Below, piece by piece: positions 46,974 to 55,268 of a stretch of DNA of 64,000 bases. The DNA is from Candidatus Poribacteria bacterium (GTDB lineage Bacteria > Poribacteria > WGA-4E > WGA-3G): NCBI GenBank assembly GCA_965207855.1, contig OZ242310.1, forward strand, positions 1,811,600 to 1,875,599, in the 5' to 3' direction. The position numbers and the translations under genes are program-made. Within the stretch, counting starts at the first letter, position 1; every line of letters starts with the position of its first letter. The notes beneath the pieces are model-generated. The model was not told the DNA's origin. It worked only from the letters and a program-made list of their open reading frames with translations, and did no database searches.

Positions 46974-46999
46974 GGATACAAGTAAAGGAGAACCTTATT

Positions 47000-47722
47000 A
47001 TGAAAAAATGTATCTTGTTCATCACTATCTGTGCAATCGCCTTCGGAATCGCGACACTCGCGACCGCGCAGACCTATTTTGAGGATAATTTCGATGACGC
47101 AAAAGCATCTGAGGATAAATGGGTGCCACTCTTCGGAGAATGGGAATTCGCAGATGATCAATACCATCAGCTCCAGAATTCCGTTAACTGCATGAGCGTC
47201 GTTGCAGATGATTTTTGGGATGACACTTGGAGCGAATATACATACGAAGTCCGAGGCAGCAAAGTCAGTGGTGCCGAAGGGTTCCTGATTATGTTCCGCT
47301 GTCAAGGTTTGATGCAACCGCGTGGACAGGCACTCGAAGATCATCCACCGCGTATGGAAAACCTCAAACCCTCATTGGAATACTGGTGGAACCTCGGCGG
47401 TTGGGGCAATACGCGCTCACAGGTTGAATCATGGGGCGGCAAAGCCGGTGCCAATAGCAACCACACCATCAAAGATAAAGATTGGTATCACATCAAGATC
47501 GTCAACACACCTGATAGTTACACTGTCATTCTTGACGATGAAGAAGTCGCACAGGTGGACGATGATACCGAAGGCGGCGTTGGACGTATCGGGCTCGCAA
47601 CATGGGCAACGGTCGCGAAATATGACGATGTCATCGTCTATGGACCTGATGGACCCTCGTTGCCAGTTGACGCGAAAAGTAAACTCGCGACCACTTGGGC
47701 ACACCTCAAATCTACGAGATAG
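47000..47722 (+). CDS. Secreted DUF1080-like (3-keto-disaccharide hydrolase / concanavalin-like) protein
   Basis: ATG 47000 after AAAGGAGA; signal peptide; 'WYHIKIVNTPDSYTVILDDEEVAQVDD...GRIGLATWATVAKYDDVIV' beta-jellyroll pattern. Confidence 0.5.
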   Translation: MKKCILFITICAIAFGIATLATAQTYFEDNFDDAKASEDKWVPLFGEWEFADDQYHQLQNSVNCMSVVADDFWDDTWSEYTYEVRGSKVSGAEGFLIMFRCQGLMQPRGQALEDHPPRMENLKPSLEYWWNLGGWGNTRSQVESWGGKAGANSNHTIKDKDWYHIKIVNTPDSYTVILDDEEVAQVDDDTEGGVGRIGLATWATVAKYDDVIVYGPDGPSLPVDAKSKLATTWAHLKSTR

Positions 47723-47735
47723 GAATGGACAAAAA

Positions 47736-48905
47736 ATGTTGAGTTATTTCTTACCGCCACGCATTGAATTTGGAGATGGCACCATCCAAAATTTGGGCGA
47801 ACATGTCAAAGCGTTTGATGGCAAAAAGCCGCTTTTAGTGAGCGATGCGGGTGTTATTGATGCCGGTATTCTCGCCAAGGCGATAGAGGCATTGGACGCA
47901 GTCGGTTTAGCGCATGCCATCTATTCAGACATCGAACCGAATCCGACAGACATCAGCATCACAGACGGTGTGGAAGTTTACAAAACAGAAGCGTGTGATG
48001 TCGTTATTGCTGTCGGTGGCGGAAGCGTGATGGACGCCGCGAAAGCCGTTCGCCTCCTAACGACACATGAACCGCCGTTGGAGCCTTACTACGCTGATGT
48101 TGGTGGACTTGAGCGGATCCGTGGCGATATGCCGCCTTTAATATGCGTTCCAACGACTGCTGGTACGGGTAGTGAAGTCTCACAAGGCGCGATTATTACA
48201 GATACATCGCTACAGACGACCGACCGTTGGCGAAAGCGCGCCATCGTTACGCCGTTCAACATGGCGAACATCGCACTCCTTGACCCAGGTATAACGCTCG
48301 GCATGCCACCGGCACTCACTGCTGCGACAGGTATGGATGCGATCACCCATGGGATTGAGGCATACACAGCGACGAAATATCACCCGATTGCTGAGGGGGT
48401 CGCATTGCAGGCACTCAAAATATTGAGTGCGAATATCCAGCAGGTCTATCACAACGGTGAAGATGGAACCGCACGCGGGGAAATGCTCCTCGGATCGTGC
48501 ATGGCGGCGTTTTCCTTCCAGAAAGGTCTCGGTGCCGTCCACTCGTTAGCGCATCAGCTCTCGACAGATGCCCCCATCCCGCACGGTATAGCGAACGCCA
48601 TCCTTCTGCCTCCCGTTATGGCGTTTAACTTTGCTCACGCGACCGAGAAATACGCCGAAGTCGCACGTGCCTTAGGCATAGACACCACTGACATGGATAC
48701 CGACGAAGCCGGGAATGCTGCTATTGATAAGATTAGGGAGTTTAATGTTGAACTGAGTATGCCCACAGGACTTGGGGCTGCTGGTTTAGATCGAAAAAAG
48801 ATTCCGAAACTCGGCGCGGATGCAATGCTTGATCATTGTCACAAATTCAATCCGAGGGAGTGTACGGAAGCCGATATGGTTGCGTTGTTTGAGGCGGCAT
48901 ATTAG
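47736..48905 (+). CDS. Iron-containing alcohol dehydrogenase
   Basis: 'LVSDAGVIDAGI', 'VIAVGGGSVMDAAKAV', 'ICVPTTAGTGSEV', 'HSLAHQL' motifs. Confidence 0.85.
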   Translation: MLSYFLPPRIEFGDGTIQNLGEHVKAFDGKKPLLVSDAGVIDAGILAKAIEALDAVGLAHAIYSDIEPNPTDISITDGVEVYKTEACDVVIAVGGGSVMDAAKAVRLLTTHEPPLEPYYADVGGLERIRGDMPPLICVPTTAGTGSEVSQGAIITDTSLQTTDRWRKRAIVTPFNMANIALLDPGITLGMPPALTAATGMDAITHGIEAYTATKYHPIAEGVALQALKILSANIQQVYHNGEDGTARGEMLLGSCMAAFSFQKGLGAVHSLAHQLSTDAPIPHGIANAILLPPVMAFNFAHATEKYAEVARALGIDTTDMDTDEAGNAAIDKIREFNVELSMPTGLGAAGLDRKKIPKLGADAMLDHCHKFNPRECTEADMVALFEAAY

Positions 48906-48984
48906 GGGAATTCACTTTCTCTGTAGGATCAAACTCCCGCTCGTGACTTCTTACTAAAAAGTCATAATGGAACTTTGGAGAAAT

Positions 48985-49013
48985 TTGACAAAAATTACAC
49001 TCTCTTGTATACT
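48985..49013 (+). promoter_or_regulatory. Near-consensus sigma70 promoter TTGACA-N17-TATACT upstream of small paralog A
   Basis: tttgacaaaaattacactctcttgtatact; about 58 bp upstream of ATG 49072. Confidence 0.5.
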
Positions 49014-49071
49014 TCCTGATAATTGGCTACATAGGCTGACACTTTAGCGGACATCTCTGGGAGGAAAACAG

Positions 49072-49512
49072 ATGAATATGACTGAACAGGAACTCAGAGC
49101 AGCAATGGAACGTGCTGACGCAATTGTGGAGAAAGTTAGGAATCTGGTTGCTTTGGAAGATAAGGTGATGGATGCGCGGGAGGCTGCGCGCCAACTTTCT
49201 ATTAATGGCAACGCTGCTGATGGTCAAAATGAATTGGTGGGACTGGAGACACAATTAAAAGAAAGCGTTGAAGAGTTGGGTGGGATTACAGATGAGCTCA
49301 AATTCGCAACGCCCTGTTTCAGAGCTTATGTCTTACCACAGATGAGTGAAATTGTAGGGACACTTAAAGCTTGCGACGCAGCAGAACGCAGTGAACTCGC
49401 GCAACTCATAACTACACTAACGGACGAGAACTCTCAACCGCCTGAGGAATTGGAAGAGGCGATCATAACCCGACTTAAAGCGAATCTTGAACGCACATTT
49501 GGTGTTGGATAG
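49072..49512 (+). CDS. Small helical hypothetical protein, paralog A (homolog of 51119-51598)
   Basis: 'ADAIVEKVRNLVALEDKVMD...ATPCFRAYVLPQMSEIVGTLKACDAAERSELAQLI' versus B 'ADIIVEKFRTLVNLESKILD...ATPSFRTYILPQITEIVRTFKSCETTEQVELSQLV'. Confidence 0.6.
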   Translation: MNMTEQELRAAMERADAIVEKVRNLVALEDKVMDAREAARQLSINGNAADGQNELVGLETQLKESVEELGGITDELKFATPCFRAYVLPQMSEIVGTLKACDAAERSELAQLITTLTDENSQPPEELEEAIITRLKANLERTFGVG

Positions 49513-49585
49513 TATGCCCATCCTTCCTTATGTGAGTTGATACCTGTCTGTGCCTCTTGCTATACATTTAACCTACGAACCCAGT

Positions 49586-49618
49586 GGCGAGGTTTCCTAA
49601 CCTCGCCTTTTTTCTTTT
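49586..49618. terminator. Rho-independent terminator between convergent genes
   Basis: ggcgaggtttcctaacctcgcc followed by ttttttctttt. Confidence 0.6.
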
Positions 49619-49641
49619 CATCCTTAACCGTCTTACCCCAT

Positions 49642-50814
49642 TTATTGCGTGTATGTCTTAAGTGTTCGGCGGTCTATACCTAACGACTTTGCGGCTTGAG
49701 ACAAAGATCCATGTTCTTTTATGCGTTGTTGGGCAACTTTTCCTAAGATTTGGTTCCGATCCATACCACTTATCCGAATCGTATCCTGATCTCCTCCCAA
49801 AAGCGTTGTTAAATGAAACGATGCCTCACGAATAACTGACTGCTGCGTTTTCTCTGGAAGCATTCGCCAGATAGCATTCGGTATGCCACCGAAAATCAGG
49901 ATAAATTCTATCACTGAAATCTGACGCAGAATTTGATGAATTTCCCTTGGAATCAAGGCGGGTGTACGGGTCTCCGAAGAACGGGGCGTTGCTGCCATCT
50001 GAGACGCGACTGCAATATCCGCAGGCAAATCACTAAATGTTAATTCGTCAGACCCACTTAGAATAATTGCCCTCTCAATAGCATTTCTGAGTTGGCGGAT
50101 ATTGCCGGGCCAGGCAGCATATTTGAGAAAATTGTGTACTTCAGGCGAGATCTTTGTAACGCTTTTTTTATGTTTGATATTAAATTCGGCTATAAATGCC
50201 TCCACTAAGAGTGGGATATCTTCACGCCGCTCTCGTAGAGGCGGTATGTGGAGCGGGAACTGTTTGAGACGGTAGTAAAGATCTTCTCTGAACTTTTTAT
50301 TTTTTATTGCTGTTTCAAGGCACGTGTTTGTCGCAGCAATAACGCGAACATCCGTTTTGACGGTCCTATTTCCACCGAGCCTTGTAAATTCTTGGGTTTC
50401 TAACACGCGAAGAAACATCGCCTGCACTTCAAGGCTCATTTCACCGACTTCATCAAGAAAGAGGGTGCCAGTATCTGTCTGTTCAAACACGCCTTTCCGC
50501 TGGTGCGTTGCGCCGGTAAATGTCCCCTTCTCGTGCCCAAAGAGTTCACTCTGCAAAAGCCCATTCTCTGGAAACGCACTACAGTTGATAACTCTCAGCA
50601 GTTTATCTTTTCGCAAACTGGCGTTATGGATTCGATGTGCTATGATTTCTTTGCCGACACCGGTATCGCCGGTAATGAGAACTGTTGTTGTACTCGGGGC
50701 GACCTGCTCTATCTGTTGATAAATCTCCTGCATCGGTGCTGAGGTCAGCACAATGGGTGTGGTCTTATTTTTAATGTTTTTCATAAGGTCATAACGAGGG
50801 TTTGACTTAAACAT
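49642..50814 (-). CDS. Sigma54-dependent transcriptional activator (bEBP) lacking an N-terminal sensory/receiver domain (PspF/HrpS-like)
   Basis: AAA+ sigma54-interaction domain begins ~25 aa from Met: 'VLITGDTGVGKEIIAHRIH', 'GHEKGTFTGA' (GAFTGA variant), 'GTLFLDEVGEMS'; C-terminal Fis-type HTH 'SLSQAAKSLGIDRRTLKTY'. Confidence 0.85.
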   Translation of the reverse strand: MFKSNPRYDLMKNIKNKTTPIVLTSAPMQEIYQQIEQVAPSTTTVLITGDTGVGKEIIAHRIHNASLRKDKLLRVINCSAFPENGLLQSELFGHEKGTFTGATHQRKGVFEQTDTGTLFLDEVGEMSLEVQAMFLRVLETQEFTRLGGNRTVKTDVRVIAATNTCLETAIKNKKFREDLYYRLKQFPLHIPPLRERREDIPLLVEAFIAEFNIKHKKSVTKISPEVHNFLKYAAWPGNIRQLRNAIERAIILSGSDELTFSDLPADIAVASQMAATPRSSETRTPALIPREIHQILRQISVIEFILIFGGIPNAIWRMLPEKTQQSVIREASFHLTTLLGGDQDTIRISGMDRNQILGKVAQQRIKEHGSLSQAAKSLGIDRRTLKTYTQ

Positions 50815-51008
50815 TTAGCCACTGAAAACCGTGTTAGAATGGCTGTGCGTTTAATCTAATTCGTTACAGCTGTGATGTCCCAATATGGTTAACATAGCAG
50901 CGAAGAAAAAATGAGTCAAGGAAAAGTTAAGGCTATTCTGTTTAACATACCCACTTTTTGAGGCATTTTTTTTACTATCATCCCACCCCCGCTTTTTGAA
51001 TCGGCATC

Positions 51009-51023
51009 TGGCATGTTTTTTGC
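51009..51023 (+). promoter_or_regulatory. Sigma54 (-24/-12) promoter TGGCAT-N5-TTGC upstream of paralog B
   Basis: ctggcatgttttttgctc; GG-N10-GC spacing exact. Confidence 0.55.
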
Positions 51024-51118
51024 TCAGTTATATACAGCCAAGAGTCTTTTATGGAAGAGATTTAAAGATCCATAGAATCGCCGATAGCGCGTGAATCGTG
51101 CCACAGTAAAGAGAACAA

Positions 51119-51598
51119 ATGTCTGAGAAAGGAACTGGACAAACAAAAGAACTCGCGGACATAATTGTGGAGAAGTTCAGAACCTTAGTTAATTTAGAAA
51201 GTAAGATTCTGGACACAACGGAAGAGATTGATCGAATCGCTGCCGACCGCGACAACACGGAACTGTCCAATTTACAACAAAATTCCATTGCTGAGCAGGA
51301 GAACATCCTGACCCAATTGGTGTCAGAATTAAAAGTGTGCCTCGAAGAGATGGACACAATTATGGAGGAACTCCAATTGGCCACGCCGTCCTTCAGGACT
51401 TACATCTTACCGCAGATAACCGAAATAGTCAGAACCTTCAAATCATGTGAGACAACAGAGCAGGTAGAACTCTCACAACTCGTGGCTGCACTAATAGATG
51501 CTAAGAGTTCCCAAGCTCTTGAACAGTTAGAAACAATAATTGTAACTCGACTCAGAGACAATCTGGAAAAAACTTTGATATTTAGACAGCAACTCTGA
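51119..51598 (+). CDS. Small helical hypothetical protein, paralog B
   Basis: 159 aa; collinear similarity with 49072-49512. Confidence 0.6.
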   Translation: MSEKGTGQTKELADIIVEKFRTLVNLESKILDTTEEIDRIAADRDNTELSNLQQNSIAEQENILTQLVSELKVCLEEMDTIMEELQLATPSFRTYILPQITEIVRTFKSCETTEQVELSQLVAALIDAKSSQALEQLETIIVTRLRDNLEKTLIFRQQL

Positions 51599-51758
51599 AC
51601 CTTCCGCTGAAGTTCACTAAACCCCATAAGCCAGAATTTTCCTGCACGATTTGTAATTCAAACTCCACTCCCTCAGTTTTCCTAACTCTTATTTATTCTT
51701 AATCTTACGTATTATGCATTAAATTGCGATTGATACAAAGGCAACTTGTATTGTTGTT

Positions 51759-51815
51759 CAATTTTTGTCCTATACAATTTTTGTCCTATACAATTTTTGT
51801 CCTATACAATTCTAT
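51759..51815. repeat. Tandem direct repeat, 16-bp unit CAATTTTTGTCCTATA x3.5
   Basis: Read directly; 55 bp left of IS3 boundary. Confidence 0.8.
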
Positions 51816-51908
51816 TCTTGAAAAATACGTATTTTTCAGGGCTACTACGGGAAATCTTTGATAAATGTTTGAAGTGCCACCGTTTATTTAGACCGAAATT
51901 TCGCAAAG

Positions 51909-52748
51909 TTAAGAGAAGGTTTGTCTTTGAAATTCTACAGGTGTCAGATACCCTAACGCCGAATGCGGGCGTTTCTCGTTATACACCTGTTGTAAAAAAT
52001 AACCGATACGCGTTTGAACATCCGAGAGATTCTCATAGTCATTGAGGTAGACTTCTTCTTCCTTGAGGGTTCGGATCAACCTTTCGGCGTATCCGTTCTC
52101 CCAAGGACATCCTCTGCGAGCGACTGAAATCTGAATACCATGTTCTTTGAGCGTCGAGATATAAGCTGTTGAAAGATACTGCGCGCCTTGATCGGAGTGA
52201 TGAATCTCTGGAACCCTGTCGTCTAAAGCTTGCTCTAAGGGTTCCAAGGTCAGAGATTGCGTCAAGTGTTGACTGAGTTTCCACCCTCTTATCATGCGGG
52301 TGAAGACATCCATGAGCAGAGCGACATAGATGAAGCGGTGCTTGAGGCGGACGTAGGTGATATCGCCCACCCACACCTGATCGCATCGACAAACATCAAG
52401 CGTCTTGAGGTGATTCCGCCAGGGCTGCGGACCGTCAGTAGAGTGGGTCGTTTGACACGCACGTTTGACGGCAACCGACAAGTTCGCTTCTTTCATCAAG
52501 CGGGCGACGCGTTTATACCCAACGGTGTGTCCTTCGGACACCAACACCTTCGTGATACGTCTATACCCGTAGGTCGGGTGTGCCGCCGCTAACCGCTGTA
52601 TTTCGGCGCGCAGAACTTCTTGAGAAGCGTCGATTCTCGGTTGATAATAGAAGGTGCTCTTGTTGAAACCTAGCACCTCGCAAATCTGCCGCATGGAATA
52701 CTCCTTGCGCAACGTCTCAACGAGACAGCGCTGTTCAGATGGACTCAA
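51909..52748 (-). CDS. IS3-family transposase OrfB (DDE integrase core)
   Basis: 'YGYRRITKVL', 'WVGDITYV', 'HSDQGAQYLS', 'YNEKRPHSALGYLTPVEF' rve-domain motifs. Confidence 0.9.
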   Translation of the reverse strand: MSPSEQRCLVETLRKEYSMRQICEVLGFNKSTFYYQPRIDASQEVLRAEIQRLAAAHPTYGYRRITKVLVSEGHTVGYKRVARLMKEANLSVAVKRACQTTHSTDGPQPWRNHLKTLDVCRCDQVWVGDITYVRLKHRFIYVALLMDVFTRMIRGWKLSQHLTQSLTLEPLEQALDDRVPEIHHSDQGAQYLSTAYISTLKEHGIQISVARRGCPWENGYAERLIRTLKEEEVYLNDYENLSDVQTRIGYFLQQVYNEKRPHSALGYLTPVEFQRQTFS

Positions 52749-53032
52749 TCCAAGAAAGTCAATGCTTTTTTTTGGATTTCCAGTGCCAGCGTCAACCGGC
52801 CAACGAGCTGCTCAAGTTGAGCGATCCGCGCCGCTGACTCGCTTGATGACTTATCGGTCTCTGACTCAAAGAAGGTTTCGGCATTTTCAAGAAGTTGGCG
52901 TTTCCATGTGGAGACTTGGTTTTCGCTGAGGTTATGTCGTCGACACAGTTCTGCTTGTGAACTTTCACCGCGGAGGGCCTCAAGCACAACTGCTGCTTTA
53001 AACTTAGCAGTGAATTTTCTGCGTTTCGCCAT
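52745..53032 (-). CDS. IS3-family transposase OrfA (HTH); -1 frameshift partner of OrfB
   Basis: 'MAKRRKFTAKFKAAVVLEAL...ELCRRHNLSENQVSTWKRQ'; on coding strand ccAAAAAAAGc slippery heptamer at ~52757-52765. Confidence 0.85.
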   Translation of the reverse strand: MAKRRKFTAKFKAAVVLEALRGESSQAELCRRHNLSENQVSTWKRQLLENAETFFESETDKSSSESAARIAQLEQLVGRLTLALEIQKKALTFLD

Positions 53033-53212
53033 CGGAAGGCTCCTTTCAAATATAGATTATCATTGTAGCACAATCTTATATTAGAGAGTGGTCTAAATTT
53101 CCGGTGGCAGTACAGTTCTTTATTCTCCGCTTCCTTCGCACTTTCTAAGACCATTTTGTTTTCAATGAGTGCCTTTCACCTCTCAATGTTCTTTATTTTT
53201 CAGATTTGCAAC

Positions 53213-53227
53213 TGGCACGCTTTTTGC
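53213..53227 (+). promoter_or_regulatory. Consensus sigma54 promoter TGGCACG-N4-TTGCT upstream of WD40 gene
   Basis: actggcacgctttttgctc; GG-N10-GC; 18/20 identical to the promoter at 51009. Confidence 0.5.
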
Positions 53228-53369
53228 TCTCATTATCTTTGATGGCTAAGTGAAGGAGATTTGTAAATTCACATCTGTCTATGCTGTATCTGAACGACCC
53301 CCACAACCTTTATGAGCGTGCGGGGTCCATTTTCAGTTGCAACGCATAGCGTTCTAAAGTAGACTGTAG

Positions 53370-53424
53370 TTCCATCCTTATGTTTCCTTTTGTTAGTTGA
53401 ACTTATAGGATAACATAAGGATGG
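53370..53424. other. Perfect 14-bp inverted repeat (TCCATCCTTATGTT ... AACATAAGGATGGA) with 27-bp spacer
   Basis: Read directly; between the sigma54 promoter and the WD40 gene start. Confidence 0.75.
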
Positions 53425-53492
53425 ACATATTCAACCTAAATTCTATTTAGCACAAGGCGTAAATTACCAGTGAAACCCAACAAAACTGATAC

Positions 53493-53518
53493 TTGTAGCA
53501 TAGACTGTTAGTCTGTGC
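53493..53518 (+). repeat. REP-like GTAG-headed palindrome, core family copy (TTGTAGCATAGACTGTTAGTCTGTGC)
   Basis: Arms CATAGACT/AGTCTGTG with compensatory change relative to copies at 15710 and 43991. Confidence 0.6.
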
Positions 53519-53593
53519 AGTCGTGTAAGGGAAGTGTTATTAGGTATCGACTCAAGCAGAAATGGAACCGCTATCGCTAATAAGGAAAATCTT

Positions 53594-55162
53594 ATGAAAA
53601 CCAAGTTGTTTTCTATGTTTCTCATGCTTTCTCTTTTGTTCCTGGCGATCTATCTACCGAAAGCGTTTGCCCAAAATTACACGTCATGGAGTTTGCCTGA
53701 TAGTGCCAAAGTACGTCTAGGCAATGCTAATGTCAATAGTATGCAGTTTTCTCCAAATGGTAAACTTCTGGCGGTTGCGAGTTCCACCAGTATTTGGGTA
53801 TACGATGTTAAAAACAGCGAAGTCCTCTTTCGACTCGTCGGACATGTGCAGACTGTTTCAAGCGTGGCGTTCAGTCCGAATAGTAAAACGTTAGCAAGCG
53901 CGAGTTGGGACGGAACCGTTCGCTTATGGGACACAAAGACGGGGGCACATCTACAGACGCTCACTGGACATACAGGTCGGGTCCATAGCGTCGCCTTCAG
54001 TCCAAATGGTCGAACATTAGCAAGTAGCGGTGCCGACAAAGTCGTCCGTTTGTGGGACCCGAGAAAAAGCATACATAAGCAGGACCTCGTTGGGCACACT
54101 GCTGAAGTCTATAGTGTCGCGTTCAGTCCGGATGGTCGAACACTGGCAAGTGGTGCATGGGATGCCACGATCCGCTTGTGGAATCCCGCAAAAGGCACAC
54201 TCAAACAGACGCTCAGACGGCGTACAGATAGGTTCAGTAGTGTCGCGTTCAGTCCGGATAGTCAGATATTGGTAAGTGTGAGCGGCAGAGAGGTCCGCTT
54301 GTGGAATCCTGTAAAAGGTAGACACGAGCGAGACCTCACAGGACGACATACAGATAGCGTCAATAGCGTCGCCTTTAGTCCTAATGGTCAGGCACTCGTA
54401 AGTGGGAGCAGGGATACTACGATTCGGGTGTGGGAGATCCCAAGTGGCAAGTACAAACGTTCACTCATGGGACATACAGGAAATATCAGTAGTGTCTCTT
54501 TCAGCCCGAATGGCAAAATACTGGCGAGTCAAGACGGCAGAGAAATCCGTCTGTGGGATCTCTCTGCGGGTATATTCGACCGAAAAATAAACGCATTTAG
54601 TAACAGAGGCAAACGTACAGGTTTTATCTGGGGAATCGGTGTCGGTACGGGAACGTCAAGTTATACACAAACGCTTGTTGAATATTGGGGAGATGCATAC
54701 GAAGGACCAACGGTAACAGAACGCGGGCGCGAATCGGCTTTTGTAACCAATTTCAGGATGGGACACGGGTTTTCAGAGCAGTTCCTACTCTACTACACAA
54801 GTCGAATCGCGTGGTTACCCTTACGCAATCTCTACAAGGACACTATGATTGCCAATGGTACAGCTGGCGTTGGTGTGACAATCTACCCGTTCTCCAGATT
54901 AAACCTTTATCTTACCGGTTCTGCAGGGTTAGCTACCTTAGCAACATGGTTTCCACCGTTTGAATTGGACCAGGCACGCGCAACAGGCGTGGCAGTTTCG
55001 GCAGGGATCGGTTATGAGGTCTTCCGCCATTGCTCTATTGACCTTACGGTAAATTTCGGGAACGCCTCCGCAAAGCAAATTGAGCAACTCAGACTGAATG
55101 AGGCTGAGTTAACAAATGAGGTCGTCACTGTTACATTGATGCTTAACGGACTCGCCTACTAA
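53594..55162 (+). CDS. Secreted WD40-repeat beta-propeller protein with C-terminal beta-barrel-like domain
   Basis: ATG 53594, signal peptide MFLMLSLLFLAIYLPKAFAQ; about 8 'VxSVAFSPNG..LAS.S.D.TVRLWD' repeats; C-terminal region with alternating hydrophobic beta pattern ending '...LMLNGLAY'. Confidence 0.8.
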   Translation: MKTKLFSMFLMLSLLFLAIYLPKAFAQNYTSWSLPDSAKVRLGNANVNSMQFSPNGKLLAVASSTSIWVYDVKNSEVLFRLVGHVQTVSSVAFSPNSKTLASASWDGTVRLWDTKTGAHLQTLTGHTGRVHSVAFSPNGRTLASSGADKVVRLWDPRKSIHKQDLVGHTAEVYSVAFSPDGRTLASGAWDATIRLWNPAKGTLKQTLRRRTDRFSSVAFSPDSQILVSVSGREVRLWNPVKGRHERDLTGRHTDSVNSVAFSPNGQALVSGSRDTTIRVWEIPSGKYKRSLMGHTGNISSVSFSPNGKILASQDGREIRLWDLSAGIFDRKINAFSNRGKRTGFIWGIGVGTGTSSYTQTLVEYWGDAYEGPTVTERGRESAFVTNFRMGHGFSEQFLLYYTSRIAWLPLRNLYKDTMIANGTAGVGVTIYPFSRLNLYLTGSAGLATLATWFPPFELDQARATGVAVSAGIGYEVFRHCSIDLTVNFGNASAKQIEQLRLNEAELTNEVVTVTLMLNGLAY

Positions 55163-55182
55163 GTGTTATGCCCATTTTAACT

Positions 55183-55207
55183 TTGTAGGTGCGGTTTGGA
55201 ACCGCAT
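55183..55207 (+). repeat. REP-like GTAG-headed palindrome with variant stem (TTGTAG GTGCGGTT TGG AACCGCAT)
   Basis: Read directly; 21 bp after WD40 gene stop. Confidence 0.5.
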
Positions 55208-55268
55208 CGGACAAGACATTCAGAAACATTACATTTATCCACAATTTGAAATTGGATGTGGATTATGG

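Larger units (their letters stand above)
51870..53115 (-). mobile_element. IS3-family insertion sequence (1246 bp) with imperfect terminal inverted repeats TG..TGCCACCG..ATTTAGACC and 3-bp GTT target-site duplication
   Basis: OrfA/OrfB overlap with A7G slippery site. Inverted repeats 51870-51894 and 53091-53115 (reverse complement of high-coordinate end, TGTACTGCCACCGGAAATTTAGACC). GTT at 51867-51869 and 53116-53118. Confidence 0.85.

Noticed and set aside
51759-51815. Possible CRISPR array (tandem 16-bp repeats; also the 46902-46973 pair)
   Set aside because: Repeats are directly abutting or separated by 18 bp with no unique spacers of CRISPR length, only 2-3.5 units, no cas genes nearby.
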